Positions 12,776-27,000 of a DNA stretch of 64,000 nucleotides are shown in pieces. Each line of letters begins with the position of its first letter. Position 1 is the stretch's first letter. Under the pieces are notes generated by a model that saw nothing but the letters and a program-made list of their open reading frames with translations, did not search any database and was not told the DNA's origin. Made by a program: the position numbers and the translations under genes. This DNA comes from Alloascoidea hylecoeti (lineage: Eukaryota). The DNA is taken from assembly GCA_001600815.1 (NCBI GenBank), contig BCKZ01000005.1, positions 912,875 through 976,874 on the forward strand, written 5' to 3'.

Positions 12776-13954
12776 ATGTCAACGAAATATATCAAATATA
12801 TCAATTATGATACTAAACTAATATCAAGGGCTTTTTCAACTACAAATTACAATTCAAATATCTTATCACAAACAGTACCAAACAATTTAAAAAATATAAA
12901 TCAAATAGTTAAAAATGATATAAAAAATTTAAAAAAATCATCAAAAACAATTCAAATACCAAAAGAAAAACCTACTGATATTAAACAATTCAATTATGAA
13001 AAAGATTTTGTCATAATTAATTCAAATGCAAGATTTCCTAATAAAAATAATAAATCAAAAACAAATGTTTATAAACCTCCTTTAAAAGGATTACCAAGAA
13101 TACAATTACCTGGTGCTCCATGTATAATACAATCAAATTATTTACCACCAAGAGAAGATAATTTATTAAATGCTGCAAATACTTATTTTAAAAAATCTGA
13201 TATTAAATTTGAAGCAAGTTATTTAAAATTTGAAGATTTTCCCAATGAAAATTTAAGACAGGAAGTTAAAACAATAATTGATGAATTTGGTATTGATTAT
13301 GAATTTGATAATCATATTTTAAAAAAAATTAAAAAATCAAATATAATAGATTTACCAGAAGTTGTTTTATTAGGTCGTTGTAATGTTGGTAAATCAAGTT
13401 TAATTAATGCTTTAATTGAAAAAGATTTAGCAAAAAGTTCAAAAATTCCTGGTTTTACAAAATTTTTAAATTGTTTTAAAATTGGTTCAAAATTTAAATT
13501 AATTGATACTCCTGGATATGGTAAAAAAGGTAGAATTGAACAAGGTATTGAAATAATGAATTATTTAAAAAATAGAAAAGAATTTAAAACTGCTTTTATA
13601 TTAATTGATTCAAAAATTGGTTTAATGGAAACTGATTTACAAGTTTTAGGAAATTTAGAAAATTTAGGTATACCTTATCAAATTATTTTAACAAAAATGG
13701 ATAAATTATCAAAAGAAGAAGAAATTAAACCAATTTTATTAGATATTTGGAAACAAATTCATATTATTAATTTTGGTGATAAAAAGAATTTAGCATGTGG
13801 TGAAAAGATTATAATGACTACAACTCAAAGAGATAAGTCTGGGAAACTTGGACCTGGTTTGGCAAATATCAGACTTTCTTTACTTCAAAGTTGTAATCTT
13901 TTTAATTCTACAACAATTTCTAAAAGAACAAAATTTCGAAATATAGTCTACTAA
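12776..13954 (+). CDS. MRX8: EngB/YihA-family mitochondrial GTPase
   Basis: PEVVLLGRCNVGKSSLINAL, PGFT, DTPGYG and TKMDK motifs; basic N-terminus resembling a mitochondrial presequence. Confidence 0.8.
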   Translation: MSTKYIKYINYDTKLISRAFSTTNYNSNILSQTVPNNLKNINQIVKNDIKNLKKSSKTIQIPKEKPTDIKQFNYEKDFVIINSNARFPNKNNKSKTNVYKPPLKGLPRIQLPGAPCIIQSNYLPPREDNLLNAANTYFKKSDIKFEASYLKFEDFPNENLRQEVKTIIDEFGIDYEFDNHILKKIKKSNIIDLPEVVLLGRCNVGKSSLINALIEKDLAKSSKIPGFTKFLNCFKIGSKFKLIDTPGYGKKGRIEQGIEIMNYLKNRKEFKTAFILIDSKIGLMETDLQVLGNLENLGIPYQIILTKMDKLSKEEEIKPILLDIWKQIHIINFGDKKNLACGEKIIMTTTQRDKSGKLGPGLANIRLSLLQSCNLFNSTTISKRTKFRNIVY

Positions 13955-13986
13955 ATATTAAATATAATAAGTGAATTAATTTATAA

Positions 13987-14672
13987 TTAAAATCGACCAC
14001 GACCACCAAAACCTCCTCTACCACCTCTTGATCCTCCTCTTGGACCACCTCTAGATCCTCCTCGGCCGCCAAAACCTCCTCTGGATCCTCCACGGGGTCC
14101 TCCACGACTACTGAAACCTCCTCTTCCACCTCTTGAAGGTCCACCTCTACCACGACTTCCACCTCTTGGTTTAGATACTTTTGAACCAGCGGGTGCTTTT
14201 GGTTTTGGTAAAAATCGATCAATTGGTAATAATTTGTCTCCACCAATATAAAACTTATCTCCATCCTTAAAACTAGTTGCTTGAATTCCTTCGGTTGGTT
14301 TAACTGTGAAGTAAACTTCATTTAAAGGTCCTAAAATTTCATCAACTTTTCCAACTAATGATTTATTTTCAAGATAAATTGGAGCATTAAAATAGGGAAC
14401 TTTGGTATTTATTGAACGACAAACAATATCTCCTTCACAAGAATGTAAAAAGCTTCCCATTTCTAAATCAAAAATTGGTAAATAATCAGTATTTCATATA
14501 AATATAAATATATATTCATTTAAATCAAAAAAAAAAAATCCTTACCTAAAACAGTATCTGGAGGACCTTGTTGAAAATTTCCTCTTCCACCTCCAAATCC
14601 ACCTCTGGAACCACCTCTAAATCCACCTCTTGATCCTCCACGGGGACCTCCTCTGTTTCCTCGAAATGACAT
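13987..14672 (-). CDS. GAR1: H/ACA snoRNP protein Gar1; intron 14463-14545
   Basis: RGG-rich termini; core [19 protein letters not shown]...[12 protein letters not shown]; intron GTAAGG..TACTGAT..TTTAG. Confidence 0.95.
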
Positions 14673-14730
14673 TGTTTGTTATATAATTGAAATAAATTGA
14701 AAATTATCAGAAAGTTTTTTTTTTTATTTC

Positions 14731-14763
14731 GATGCGATGAAGAAGCGAAAAATTTACCTCATC
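14731..14763. promoter_or_regulatory. PAC-like and RRPE-like ribosome-biogenesis motifs in the GAR1/Aquarius divergent promoter
   Basis: GATGCGATGA, GAAAAATTT and CTCATC cluster 60-90 bp upstream of the GAR1 ATG. Confidence 0.6.
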
Positions 14764-14888
14764 TGTGTATATTTCAGAACGAAGGAATACCACTTTTTGT
14801 TTACTTCCACTACTTTCGTATTTCTATTTAAATTTATGTTTATTTATATTCATTTATTTTTATATTTTGATAAAGATTTATATAAATA

Positions 14889-17800
14889 ATGCCAAGGACT
14901 TCATCTAAGAAATCTGTTGGTATAAAAAATGATATTACACCATCTGATCAAATCTTAACACTATCAAAAAAATGGAATAAACAAACAACACGAAAATCAA
15001 AAGCAAAACTTAAATATGAAGAGAAAGTTGTTATTGAAATATTTAATTATATAAAAATTGACGATAGTAAAATATCAAATGAATTATTAAGTCAATTGGA
15101 AGGTTTGGAATATTTAGAAAAGTAAGTTAAGGGGTAATATTTGTTTATTATTATGTTTATGAATTAACAAAATATTATATTTTAGATATCTCTGGCCATT
15201 TTTTCATGAAGATGTTACAAAAGAACATATTTATTCAATTGTTCTAATTTTTTTAACCAAATCTAATGATGAAGTTCCGATATGGGATTTATTAATTACA
15301 GAAGAAGATAATAATAAATTTTCATTATTTTTTACAAGATGTTTATCATTAATAACATCACCATCATCAATAACAACAATATTTGAAAAAACTTTTTTAT
15401 TATCATTTATTTCATTAATTTTTCAAAATATTGATATACCAATTTTAAGAAAAGAATGTGCATCACTTGTTTCAATATCAATTTGGAATTGTTTGAAATA
15501 TAATTCAATACGTGATGATATTATTTCAAAAAATCAAATGTTAAAAAGAATGTGGAAAAATTCAAATAAAAAATTTGATTCATCAATTGAAGATAAAAAA
15601 AATCTTTTAATATTTTTAAGAGAATGGTTTTATAGACTATTATTATCATTTATGAATGATATTTCTTTAAAAAATCAAGATAAAGAAAAAGAACAACAAT
15701 TAATTTCTTATGGTGAGAAATTAATTGAATTAATTATTGATATAATATCCCAATTACCAACAAGAAGATTTACAAATACATTAATTAAACATTTAAATTT
15801 CATTACAATTTTAAAACTATCAAATATTTATAAAAATCCTTTAAATTCAAATTTTATATTTAAAGAATTAATAACATTATTAGAATATTATATTTATTAT
15901 CCAGTTAATGATTTTACAGGATTATTATTAACAAATGATGAAATTAGATTAAATTATTCAGTTAAATTATTAAATTTACAAAAATTATCATTTACAAAAG
16001 AAATTTATAAAAAAAAATTAACAATTTTATCATTATCAAATTTTAAATCATTAGAAAATAAAGAATCTTTATTAGATATTTTAAAAAATTTAAATGATGA
16101 TGAATTAAAACAACTTTGTGAAGATTTAAAAATTTTACATACTTATAATGAAAATAATAATAACAATAACGAAGAAAAAGGTTTAAAAACAACAAGAAAT
16201 ATCATTGAATTAATTTTTATGGATTATTTTTTTAATGATAATAAAACTATTTCAATTAATAATTGGTTACCAAATGAAACTGATTGTTTTTCAAAATCTC
16301 TTGAAGTTGCTAATAATTATCATCCAGGTCAATCATTACCTTTACCAAAATTAGGATTGCAATATCTTACTGTTAATGATTTTTTCGTTAGATATTTCAA
16401 ACTTTATCGTTCTGAAATAAACTTTCAAATTCGAAGTGATATAGAAGATGTCATTAAAAGACTTAAACCTCATAAAATTATCGATGATGATAGTGAGTAT
16501 ACAGATAGTGATGAAGAAGTAGATTCAAAAGATGAAAAAGAAAATGATGATATAAAATTTTCAGGTTATTCAAAAATGGCATTAAAAATAAATTCTACTT
16601 CAATTTTAGAAATTGGTGCACCAAAAATAACTGAAACTGTTCCTTCATTAATAAGATGTGAAATTCAAGTTGATGTTGGTAGATTACCAAATGATATTAA
16701 AAAAGAATGGGATTCATTAAGAAATGATGAGGTTGTTTTCTTATTATCAGTAACTGAACCAAATCCAAATTCATTAAATTTAAATGAACGTATTGGTGTT
16801 AATTATCTTAGATGTGGTCAAGTAATCCAAGTTTTGGATGGATATGGTAAATCAATATATGATGATGATAATAGCAATGAAAATGGAAAATCAAAAGATG
16901 GTTATCGTAATCGTGGAAGATCTCGACGTTTTCATGTTAAACTTGATAATCATTTATTTGAAAAAGATAATGAATTATCATTATATAAATCTTTTAATGT
17001 TATTATGAGACGTAAAGGTAAAGAAAATAATTTTAAACCAATTTTAGATACAATCCATTCTTTAATAACAGAAACAACAGAATCAACTTCAACAATTTTA
17101 CCTAATTGGATTAATGATATTTTCTTAGGATTTGGAAATCCATTACAAGCATCTTTCGATAAGATGAATAATAGAAATTTTAAAGTTAATTTTTTTGATA
17201 CTTTTATATCATCGGATCATTTAATTGAAAGTTTCCCTGATTATGATATAAATTTTGAAAATGAAGAAAAAAAGGAAGAAGAAGAAGTAGTAAAGAAACG
17301 TAAAACTAGAAAAGGATCGAAAAAAATTATTAAAAAATCAACACCACCTCCTCCACCATACATTGTTGATTTTACAAATGAAGAAACGAAAAAATTAACG
17401 ATTTCAACATATGAACCAACTAAACTTATTATTAATAAAGATCCATTTTTAAATTCTGGTTCTAAAATTCAAAAAAATCATTTACGTTTTACTCCTACTC
17501 AAATTCAAGCAATTCATTCAGGTATAAGTAATGGATTAACAATTATTGTCGGACCACCAGGAACAGGTAAAAGTGATGTTGCAACACAAATTATTAATAA
17601 TATATTTCATAATAATCCAAGAGAAAAAACATTAGTAATAACTCATAGTAATCACGCATTAAACCATTTATTTGAAAAAATTGTTAAACTTGATATTGAT
17701 GAAAGATTTTTATTAAGACTTGGTTATAATAATGGAGAAGAATTTAATACTCATAATACAAATACAAATAATGATATTGAAGCACCATATGGTAGAATTG

Positions 17801-19428
17801 AAAGATTTTTAGAAATTAGAGAATATTATTTACAACAAGTTACTAAATTATCAAAAAGTTTAAATATTATTGGTGATCATGGTGATAGTTGTGAAACTTC
17901 ATTATATTTTTATAAAGTTTATATTTTACCATTATGGAATAAATTTAAAAATAATTTTAAAATTTTTAAAACAATTGATGAAATTAAAGAAAATTTCCCA
18001 TTTAATGAATTTTTTAAAATTAATGATAATGATAATGATAATGATACTGAAAATGAAAATAAAAATAAAAAAGAATTATTTTCTAATTGTGATAATAATG
18101 AAAATTGTAAACAAATTGCTATTGATTGTTTTTATTATATTAAAAGAATTTTTAGTAATCTTGAAACTACAAGACCATTTGAATTATTAAAATCAAATAA
18201 AAAAAGATCTGAATATTTATTGGTTACTCAAGCTAAAATAATTGCAATGACAGCTACCCATGCAGCAATTCATCGACAAGATATCATTAACAGTGGATTT
18301 AAATATGATAATATTATTATCGAAGAAGCTGCTCAATTAACTGAATTAGAAACTTTATTAGCTCTTACATTAGGTACGAATGATTCTGGATCTAATGTTA
18401 AAAGAATAATAATGATTGGTGATCATCATCAAAATGCACCAATAATTAAAAACATTGGGTTTAAAAAGTTCAGTAATCTTGATCAAAGTTTATTTGGAAG
18501 ATTTATTCGACTTGGTGTTCCTGTTTTCCAACTCGATGCTCAAGGTAGAAGTAGACCAGATATTTATAGCATATTCAGTCATATTTATATATCAGATTCA
18601 ACAGAAAAACAAGAAATAAAATCATTACCTCATGTATTGGATTCATCAGAGTATCAACTTGCAAATGCAGGATTTGCAAAGGAATATCAATTCATTAATG
18701 TTGATGATTATCAAGGCCATGGTGAATCGGAACCATCATCACATTTCTATCAAAATCTTGGTGAAGCAGAATATTCTGTTGCGATTTATTCTTATATGCG
18801 ATTATTAGGATATCCAAATAATAAGATAACTATTCTTGCTATGTATCAAGGTCAAAAGGTTTTAATTGAAAAAATATTAAGCACTCATTGTGGCGTTTCT
18901 AAATTAGCTCTAGATACAGAAAAAGATGGGAAATTTCAATTTGGATGGCCTGTTATAGATACAGTTGATAATTATCAAGGACAACAAAATGATTATATTA
19001 TTCTATCATTAGTTCGTACTAAAAGATTAGGATATATAAGAGATATTAGAAGATTAACGGTTGCATTATCTAGAGCAAGACTCGGTCTTTATGTTTTAGG
19101 ACGTAAAGAAATTTATGATTCTTTTCCTGACCCAAATTTTTCTGAAATGATTGATAAATTATTAAATAATGACAATGATGGGGAGCATCAATTACAACTT
19201 GCAATTGGTGAAATGTATGGAAATTCAACAAGAAAGGTTACTGATGAAGAATTACCGGAAGGAGTTCAATTTTTTCCAATAGAAAATGTCGAGCATTTAC
19301 GTCAATATGTTCAGACTATGACGCAGATGAGAATGAAAGCAGATGAAGGAGAAAATAAGGGAGAAGAAAACAAAGGAGAAGAAAATAAAGAAGAGGAAAA
19401 TAAAGAAGAGGAAAATAAAGGCGAGTAG
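14889..19428 (+). CDS. CWF11: Intron-binding spliceosomal SF1 helicase Aquarius/Cwf11; intron 15122-15185
   Basis: Splicing restores LEKYLWP; LPKLGLQYL, RRKGKENNFKPIL, GPPGTGKSD, EEAAQ, QNLGEAEY, TVDNYQGQQ and SRARLGLY motifs. Confidence 0.92.
19345..19425 (+). repeat. 15-bp coding tandem repeat (EENKG/EENKE) in the Aquarius C-terminal tail
   Basis: About 5 copies of GAAGA(A/G)AA(T/C)AAAG(G/A)A. Confidence 0.8.
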
Positions 19429-20111
19429 TATTTTTGTCAGATTACACTTTGTTGGGACTAAAACTGCGATTGAAAGCATATAAAAACTTTTAATACATTT
19501 ATCTTTAACTACATTTCCACCTATTACTTAGTTTTCGGTAATACTATGAAACAGGTTTCTTTTTATAAATTTCACATATAATTTTCAATTAAAACGTTAG
19601 AAAAATTATAGTTGAATGTTTTGGAAAATGACGTTTTAATAAATTTAGGACTAAAAGGTATACTTACCTTACATGTATATGAGCGCTATAGCTAGCTGTA
19701 AGTTGGGACATGTTCATTGCTCTTAATAAAAAATGAAGATAAGCTGTAAACTGACACATAATTAAGTAAGAAGAAAACTCTCAAAATATAAATTTGAATT
19801 GGAAAGTCCATAAGCCTTATGAGTATTGTTCATACCAATCATTTTTTGTGTAGGTAGGGTGAATTTGATAACTTATAAAACACATTTTAATATATGATTT
19901 GATTCTTCGATATCATTATCTATATATATATTTTAAAGATTTATTTTCTTATGAACTGTTAACTTGCAAACTACAATTCAAACAAGTGGAAACATTTTGA
20001 GTTTCTACTTTTACTTCCAGGATTACCCTGCCACCACTTTTTCACTTTTTCCATTTGACATCTTCTAGCAATAAAATATAAAATAACACAAAAACAATAC
20101 AATAATACAAT

Positions 20112-20494
20112 ATGGCTTCATTTTTCGGTGGTTCAAGTTCAAACTCTTCTGGAGATGCCAGTAAAGCAAAAATCATGGCTGCTGAAACAGAACTTGATAT
20201 GGTTACTGATATGTTCAATCGACTCGTTGATGTTTGTCATAGTAAATGTATTGACAAAAGATATGACAGTGCTGATTTGAGTAAAGGTGATAGTTTATGT
20301 ATTGATAGATGTGTTGAAAAATATTTTTCTGTTAATGCTAAAGTTGGAGAGGTAAGTTTCTATGTTTTATTTGTAATCAATTCTCATCTTATTTAATTTG
20401 GTATAATGAATCTAATACTTCTATTATTTTTTTCTCTTTTTTATAGCATATGCAACAATTAGGAAAAAGTGGTGCTTTTGCTGGAGCAAGATGA
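20112..20494 (+). CDS. TIM10: Mitochondrial intermembrane-space chaperone Tim10; intron 20352-20446
   Basis: [15 protein letters not shown], twin CX3C motifs (CHSKC, CIDRC); exon 2 encodes [15 protein letters not shown]. Confidence 0.93.
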
Positions 20495-20905
20495 ATACTT
20501 TTCATATAAATCTATCAACAAATATATGTTCGAATTCACTCTTGAGCAGTCGACAACAAGGTCGTACGACTTTTTGACAAAACTGTTTCAATATGGTCTT
20601 TAATAATATAAATATTATATTATATATATTGATTTTTAGTTTGATATTTACTATAAATTTGTACATATTTGGTAAAATATTAATATTAAATGAATCTGTG
20701 TCTATCTACTTTAAATTTATAATCACAAAGTTATATGTACAATCTGTAGTTAAATCCATATTAATATTTAAAAGGCCTTCTTATAAATCTATTTACAATC
20801 ACAAGAAAAGAGGCCCATATTCTATCTAATATTTAATAAAATGCAAAATACCTAATTCAAATAACAAATATTAACAATAATTCAGTATTCAAAATTTATA
20901 ATTAA

Positions 20906-21731
20906 TTAATCTTTTAAACCAATAAATTTTCTAAAACGCATACTAAATCCTTCAAATGAATTTAATTTAGGTCGAACATCAAGATAAAAACTTGGTATGT
21001 CTGGTTGATTTTTCATTGGTTTACCACTATAAAAATCAATAACATATTCGATTTTTTTACCACATCTGTCAACTATCCAATCGTGTCTATCAAATGGCCT
21101 TTGATATCCCAAATATAGATTGAAACGTGCCTTTGGAGTTAGTTTTTTAGAATCTCCTTTAAAACTTTCTAGTTTTGGTCCTCCACATCTATAACACAAA
21201 GCGAGTTAATAATCCGTATACTTATTACATCTTATGTTATGAAGAAACTTACGTATTAGAACCTTCATTAGTTTCCCATTGTAAAATTTGCATCCATGCT
21301 CTTTCATTAACAGCATTATGAATAGGTACAACAGATGGCATATCTTCTTCTTGAGGATCCCATTTCTTCCTCTTCATTGCATTAAAAAATTGTTGCTGTG
21401 AAGGATATATCCATTTCCCATTTGTATCTGTTCGTGGAATCGATGATACTTCTCGATCTGTGGGTAAATTTCCAATTCCATCTATAACTCCAAATGTACT
21501 CGAACTTGTTTTTAAATCATCTGAAGAACAACTATCGGATTCTTTTTGTTGTTTTTGTTTTTTTAACCAAACTTCTCTTGAATTGTGATCTACGGGACAA
21601 ACTTCTTGCTTCTCGGATGCTGACTCAGATGGCGGGTCAGGTTTTGCTGCCATAGATTTGGCATGTTGTTTAATCCATATATCCCTCGTTGAATGATCAA
21701 CTGGACAAGTTGCCTCTTCTTCTGTGGCCAT
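20906..21731 (-). CDS. CYT2: Holocytochrome c1 synthase (heme lyase); intron 21189-21252
   Basis: Two CPVDH motifs; [29 protein letters not shown] and [13 protein letters not shown]; splicing joins the two track ORFs in frame (NTCGGPKL). Confidence 0.85.
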
Positions 21732-21883
21732 TTCACCTTTTATTTGAATATTTTTATTTATTTGAGATTTTTATACATTTATTTTGAATATTTTGAAGAT
21801 TTGAGATGTAAGAGATGGTTACCCTACTTTATATACAGTTTAAGTTTCGGACATATTTCACAAAACCTCCAACATATTTACAA

Positions 21884-23428
21884 ATGGCTGTTGTGAAAAG
21901 AGCTTTTACAGCTCCAGGAAAGGCTCTTTTGGCTGGTGGTTATTTGGTGTTATTGCCTGAATATTCAGCTTATGTGGTAGGTTTATCTTCAAGAATGCAT
22001 GCTGTTGTGGAAGGTGAAAGATCAACTAGCAAATCTACTACAATAACAGTTGAAAGTCCTCAATTTGCTGATGGTGTTTGGTCTTATGAATTCCCATTGA
22101 TTTCGGATTTTAATGGTGTTTCCTCGTGAGTAATTTTTCAATTGAATCTTTTTCATTTTCATGAGATGGGAACTAACAATTAGTGTTTTTTTATGAATAA
22201 AAGTCCAGAGAACAAGTCATCAAATCCGTTTTTACAAGCTACATTATCAAGTGTTTTATCTTATGTTAATCCCGATTTCAATTCTAATATCAAAATTACA
22301 ATGTTTTCTGATTCAGCTTATCATTCACAAACAGACTCATATATAAAAGATGAAGATCATCCTTTAAAATTTAGATATCATAATCAACCAATCTCAAAGG
22401 TTCCAAAAACTGGACTTGGATCATCTGCAGGTTTAGTAACAACGGTTACAACCGCCTTATTATCTTTTTATAAACCGGATTTAGATCCAACTGATAAGAA
22501 TTGGTTATCGATTATTCATAATTTATCTCAATTTGCTCATTGTTTATCTCAAAAGAAAATTGGTTCTGGTTTTGATGTTGCTGCTGCTGTTTATGGTAGT
22601 ATAGTTTATAGTCGTTTCCCTCAATCAACGTTGTCAACAATAATTGATTTAATTGATAGTAATGATACTACTAACAAGAAAACTTTAATTTCAAAACAAA
22701 TTCAAGAAACTATTAATTCAAAATGGGAAATGTCTGTTAAACCATGTTCATTACCAAAAGGATTAAGAATTTTAATGGGTGATGTTAAAGGAGGTTCAGA
22801 AACTCCAAAATTAGTTAATAATGTATTAAAATGGAAAAAAGAAAATCCTGAACAATCTTTAAAATTATGGAATAATTTAAATAATGAAAATATTAAACTT
22901 GTTGAAATTTTAAATCAATTATCAAATTTAAATAAAAACGATGAAGAAAGTTATAATGAAATTTTATCATTTTTATCTGAAAATAATTCAGGACAAATTA
23001 ATTTATTTACTGAATGTTTTAATAATAATAATTCTAATAATGATAAATTTATTAAAAATTTATCAATTTTAACAAATTGTATAAATACAATTAAAAAAAT
23101 TCGTTTTTATTTAAGACGAATGACAATTGAATCAAAAACTGAAATTGAACCAAATGAACAAACAATTTTATTAAATTCTTGTTTATTTTTAAGTGGTGTT
23201 TTAGGTGGTGTTGTACCTGGTGCTGGTGGTAATGATGCAATTTCAATTATTATTCATGAAAATAATGTTGAAAAAATTAAAAAATTAACAAATATTAATG
23301 ATGAATTGTTTATTGGTAAGAAATTTCCAAATCAAGGATTTTTTAAAAATGTTGAATGGTTGGATTTACGTGAAGAACAAATTGGTTTAAAAGAAGTACT
23401 TGTTGATGATTATTTAAATATCCTATGA
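21884..23428 (+). CDS. ERG8: Phosphomevalonate kinase; intron 22126-22203
   Basis: APGKALLAGGYLVL, KTGLGSSAG, KIGSGFDVAAA and PGAGGNDA GHMP-kinase motifs; GTGAGT donor and ACTAAC branch. Confidence 0.93.
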
Positions 23429-24038
23429 TTAATTACAAACTATGGAATTTGATAAATTTCTTAGCTAAATAAAATGAATAATTATAAACATATTATTAAT
23501 AGAAACCTATGAGTATAAAATCTTTGATTGGGACAGGTCATGATTTCTGTAATTCTTTTGGAAAACTGTATCTACTAGCTAGGACAAAAAGAATTGGATA
23601 GTAATTCGTTTAATACACAGTTCGAATTTTGGTCTTCAGAAAGCATGCATGCAACTGTGCATATACTACGACATAAGGAAATATATCATGTCCATATGCA
23701 TGCACTCAACTGTATAAGATACTGTTGCCATTCGACATGACGTCATATTTTTAACCTCTTCCTAGTTCCTCTTCAATTGCAGTGTTAAATTTAAATTTGC
23801 ACATAGACATTCCCAATGATTCCACTAAAGTTAACAACAAATTTTAAAATTTATTATATATATATATGATTAAGATACAAAATTAAAAAGAAAACATTAC
23901 AAAATTTAAATTTAAGCGAAAAATTAGAATAGCAAATAAGAGGGTTGTCTTAATTTAAATTGAAAACTGAAAAACATTTTTATAATAATATAAAATAAAT
24001 AAATTTTTAAAAAAATAAACGATATTTGGTGGTCATAA

Positions 24039-27000
24039 TTATAATGATTTGGAAGGTTCATTAGCAAGCGCTCTAGCAAGTAATATCTTAAAATATTTTA
24101 TTTGTTCTGGGAAATGAACAGCAGCTTTTGGATTGGTTAAAGCATCAATACTTAGATTTGAAAACTTGTGCTTGTTAACGATGCTTAAGAAATGTTTAAG
24201 ATATTCATCCTTCTTTTCATAATGATATTCTGGATTTGTCATCACTTGGGTGATTACTTCTTGAATTGAGTCTGAAATTGGTTTTGAGGTAACATGTTCA
24301 ACAATTTCACCAAATTTCTCTTCCATAAACGAATATATATAGAATTTTTGATTTAGCGATTCTTTTCCTGCTGTTCCTGAATTAACATACCATCTTAAAA
24401 ATCTTAATAGAACACCTTCATCGGCTGGTAAAAATTGATATAATGATAGGCACAAATATGATGCAACTGTACTATGTTCACATCCAATATTATTATAAGA
24501 GAAAGCTGGTTCTGGGCATGTTTGATTACAACCAACATCAGTAAGTTTGGTATCTTTACCCCAAGAATTACTTATTGATTTAATCCTACTTTCTGTTGTT
24601 GCGTATAAATATAGAAATTCAAGATAAACTGCTGGATAAAGTGTTTCATTGAGATCAAATCGCCCACTAATCTTTTGACTTAAGGCTATGTTTTTCCTTC
24701 TTATATGCATAAATGTTTGTAAAAGTTCAACTGTAACATTTCTTGTGCTTGGTATTAACATACCTTTTAACGTATTTGCAACAATGTAATTATCAAACAT
24801 ATCAGGCGAATATTTGGGTCCAATTAAATCATCGACACTATTTAAGCATGGTCCGACAACTGTTCTCTCATTTGTTAAAACCCCAACTACATCTCCATTG
24901 ATAAATCGACCTGCCTTATCCATTACTTCCAAACATTTCGCAACTAGTAGTGCACCAGCTTGAAAAACTCCAGTATGTGGTAATTGCAACGTAATGAATC
25001 CAAGCCAAAATAATTTACCATGCCAATAAGAATTTGGTGATAAACCTTCAACCAATCTTCTTAAACTTTCCAATATACAAACATTCATATCAACCGCTCT
25101 CTCATCATGTGTTACTGTTGAATCTGTTGCCCTTTGCATAAATTCTAAAATCCTAGAAATTAATGTATCTGTTACACTATCTTTTGCTAAAAATCCCATA
25201 ATCAATAATGCTCTTGTTCTAATAACCGATGTTTTCTTAAATGAAGCATCAATTACAAGTGATAACCATTTATTTTTCCAAGTCAAAACCTCCTTCCTGT
25301 CTCTTCCAATTAATGATTGAAATTCTAAGAGATATCCACAATATGTTTCAATTCCTGATACTAAAGCACTACTATGTCGATTTTCATCTTCATCATCGGC
25401 TGATATAGAACGATTTAATCCAAAAATAAGATTTGCACGTTGTCCACAAAACCTTTCAACGATAACACTTATTCTGCTTCTCTCGTTATCCTCAAGCACT
25501 TCCGAATTGGAGAATGAATAAAGTGTATTTATAATCAGTTTGTGTAATGCATGCCTCATATCAGATGGCCCCATATCAATAAAAGAGGTCGAAATGAATA
25601 ATAATTCAGGAATGAACTCGCGGCAAAGCTCAGCGTTATCAAATAATAAAATAGTTACTGCTTTAACAAGTACAATAATCTCAACCCAACTGGCTTGAGC
25701 ATGAGCAAGAGAAAGAGTTTCGTTGGTTTCATCTAACGGAACACTCGCAACATTTGTTAATCTTTTAATCACTCTATCAACTAAATCTAGTGATGGACAT
25801 GTTGTTAAAATTGATATTACTTCTTCACAATTACCACCATCTGTACGTTTGTCAATTGCGGAATTAATAACTTCATCAACTAAAATATTGGCTAATTCAG
25901 ATTGTTCACATAATGGTTTCCAAATATGACTATGAAATAAACCTGTATGACTTTTTGAAAGGAATGTAATTCTGATAAATTCTCTAATTAAAAATTTAGC
26001 CCTTCTTGGTCCCTTTTCTCCATCATTAAGATAAACATGTGTATAGATCATTGGTACCCAAGGAGTAATATAAAGTAAAACAAGATCTTTTCTATTACTT
26101 GGAGTTAATTCATAAGCCATAAAAAATGCTTTGATAAATCCATAAGTCAATTGAGGACTTTGTTTAACAAAGGCATTTGATGCGTTAAGGATATAATTGA
26201 TATTATTTTTAGGAAAATGAATACCTTCCTTTGGATCGCCTAACTTTAATGTTGATAAACCCGAAAATACTTTAAGAAAAGCACAACCTAGATTATAGGC
26301 TGCTGTTCTAATATCTTCATCTGGCATACATAGAGAACTGTAAGTAATGTTAGCAATAATAGAAATTACTTCCTGAATTGAATGAACAGCTGTATCACCT
26401 AAGGAGACAGATGATGAATGTTCACTATAACGTTGTATCATTGCATTTATTGATCTTATGACATCACCTCTTTGCTTACTACTTAAAATCATAACATTCC
26501 CTGAAGCAAGTTTAATTGAGAATTCTTCATGATCGTCTTGATCTTCTATGTCATCTTCTTTAAAGCTTGAATTTTTCGTTGAAAGTTTTGATGATAAATA
26601 AGAAGTCTTTAATTCTGTTGCATGATAAACATCTAATGGTCTAACATATGTATTATGATTACCACATGCAAATGGTATTGGATCAGTGGAAAATATTTGA
26701 ATGAATTCCTGACCAACTTTAATACTAACAGGGTAAAATTTTTTATTTTCATGATCATATACTTTCAAATCTGTGAATTCAACTCTAGAATCACGTTTAA
26801 TTGCTCTTGTCTTCCTTGAAATTCCAAATGGTTTATTAGGCATCTCAAATTCTTCATCATATGAAGAATGGAAATAATATGGCACTTTATTTGGACTCAA
26901 TCCAGTCCCATTTATTAAATTCATAATCGTTGGATACATTGCTATTGATTCATGAGACGAATTATAATAGTAAACACCAACACAATTTTTCATATACACT

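Noticed and set aside
19660..19672. U1 snRNA 5' end (ATACTTACCTT)
   Set aside because: No U1 stem-loop I or U1-70K binding loop follows; it is more simply the complement of a splice donor
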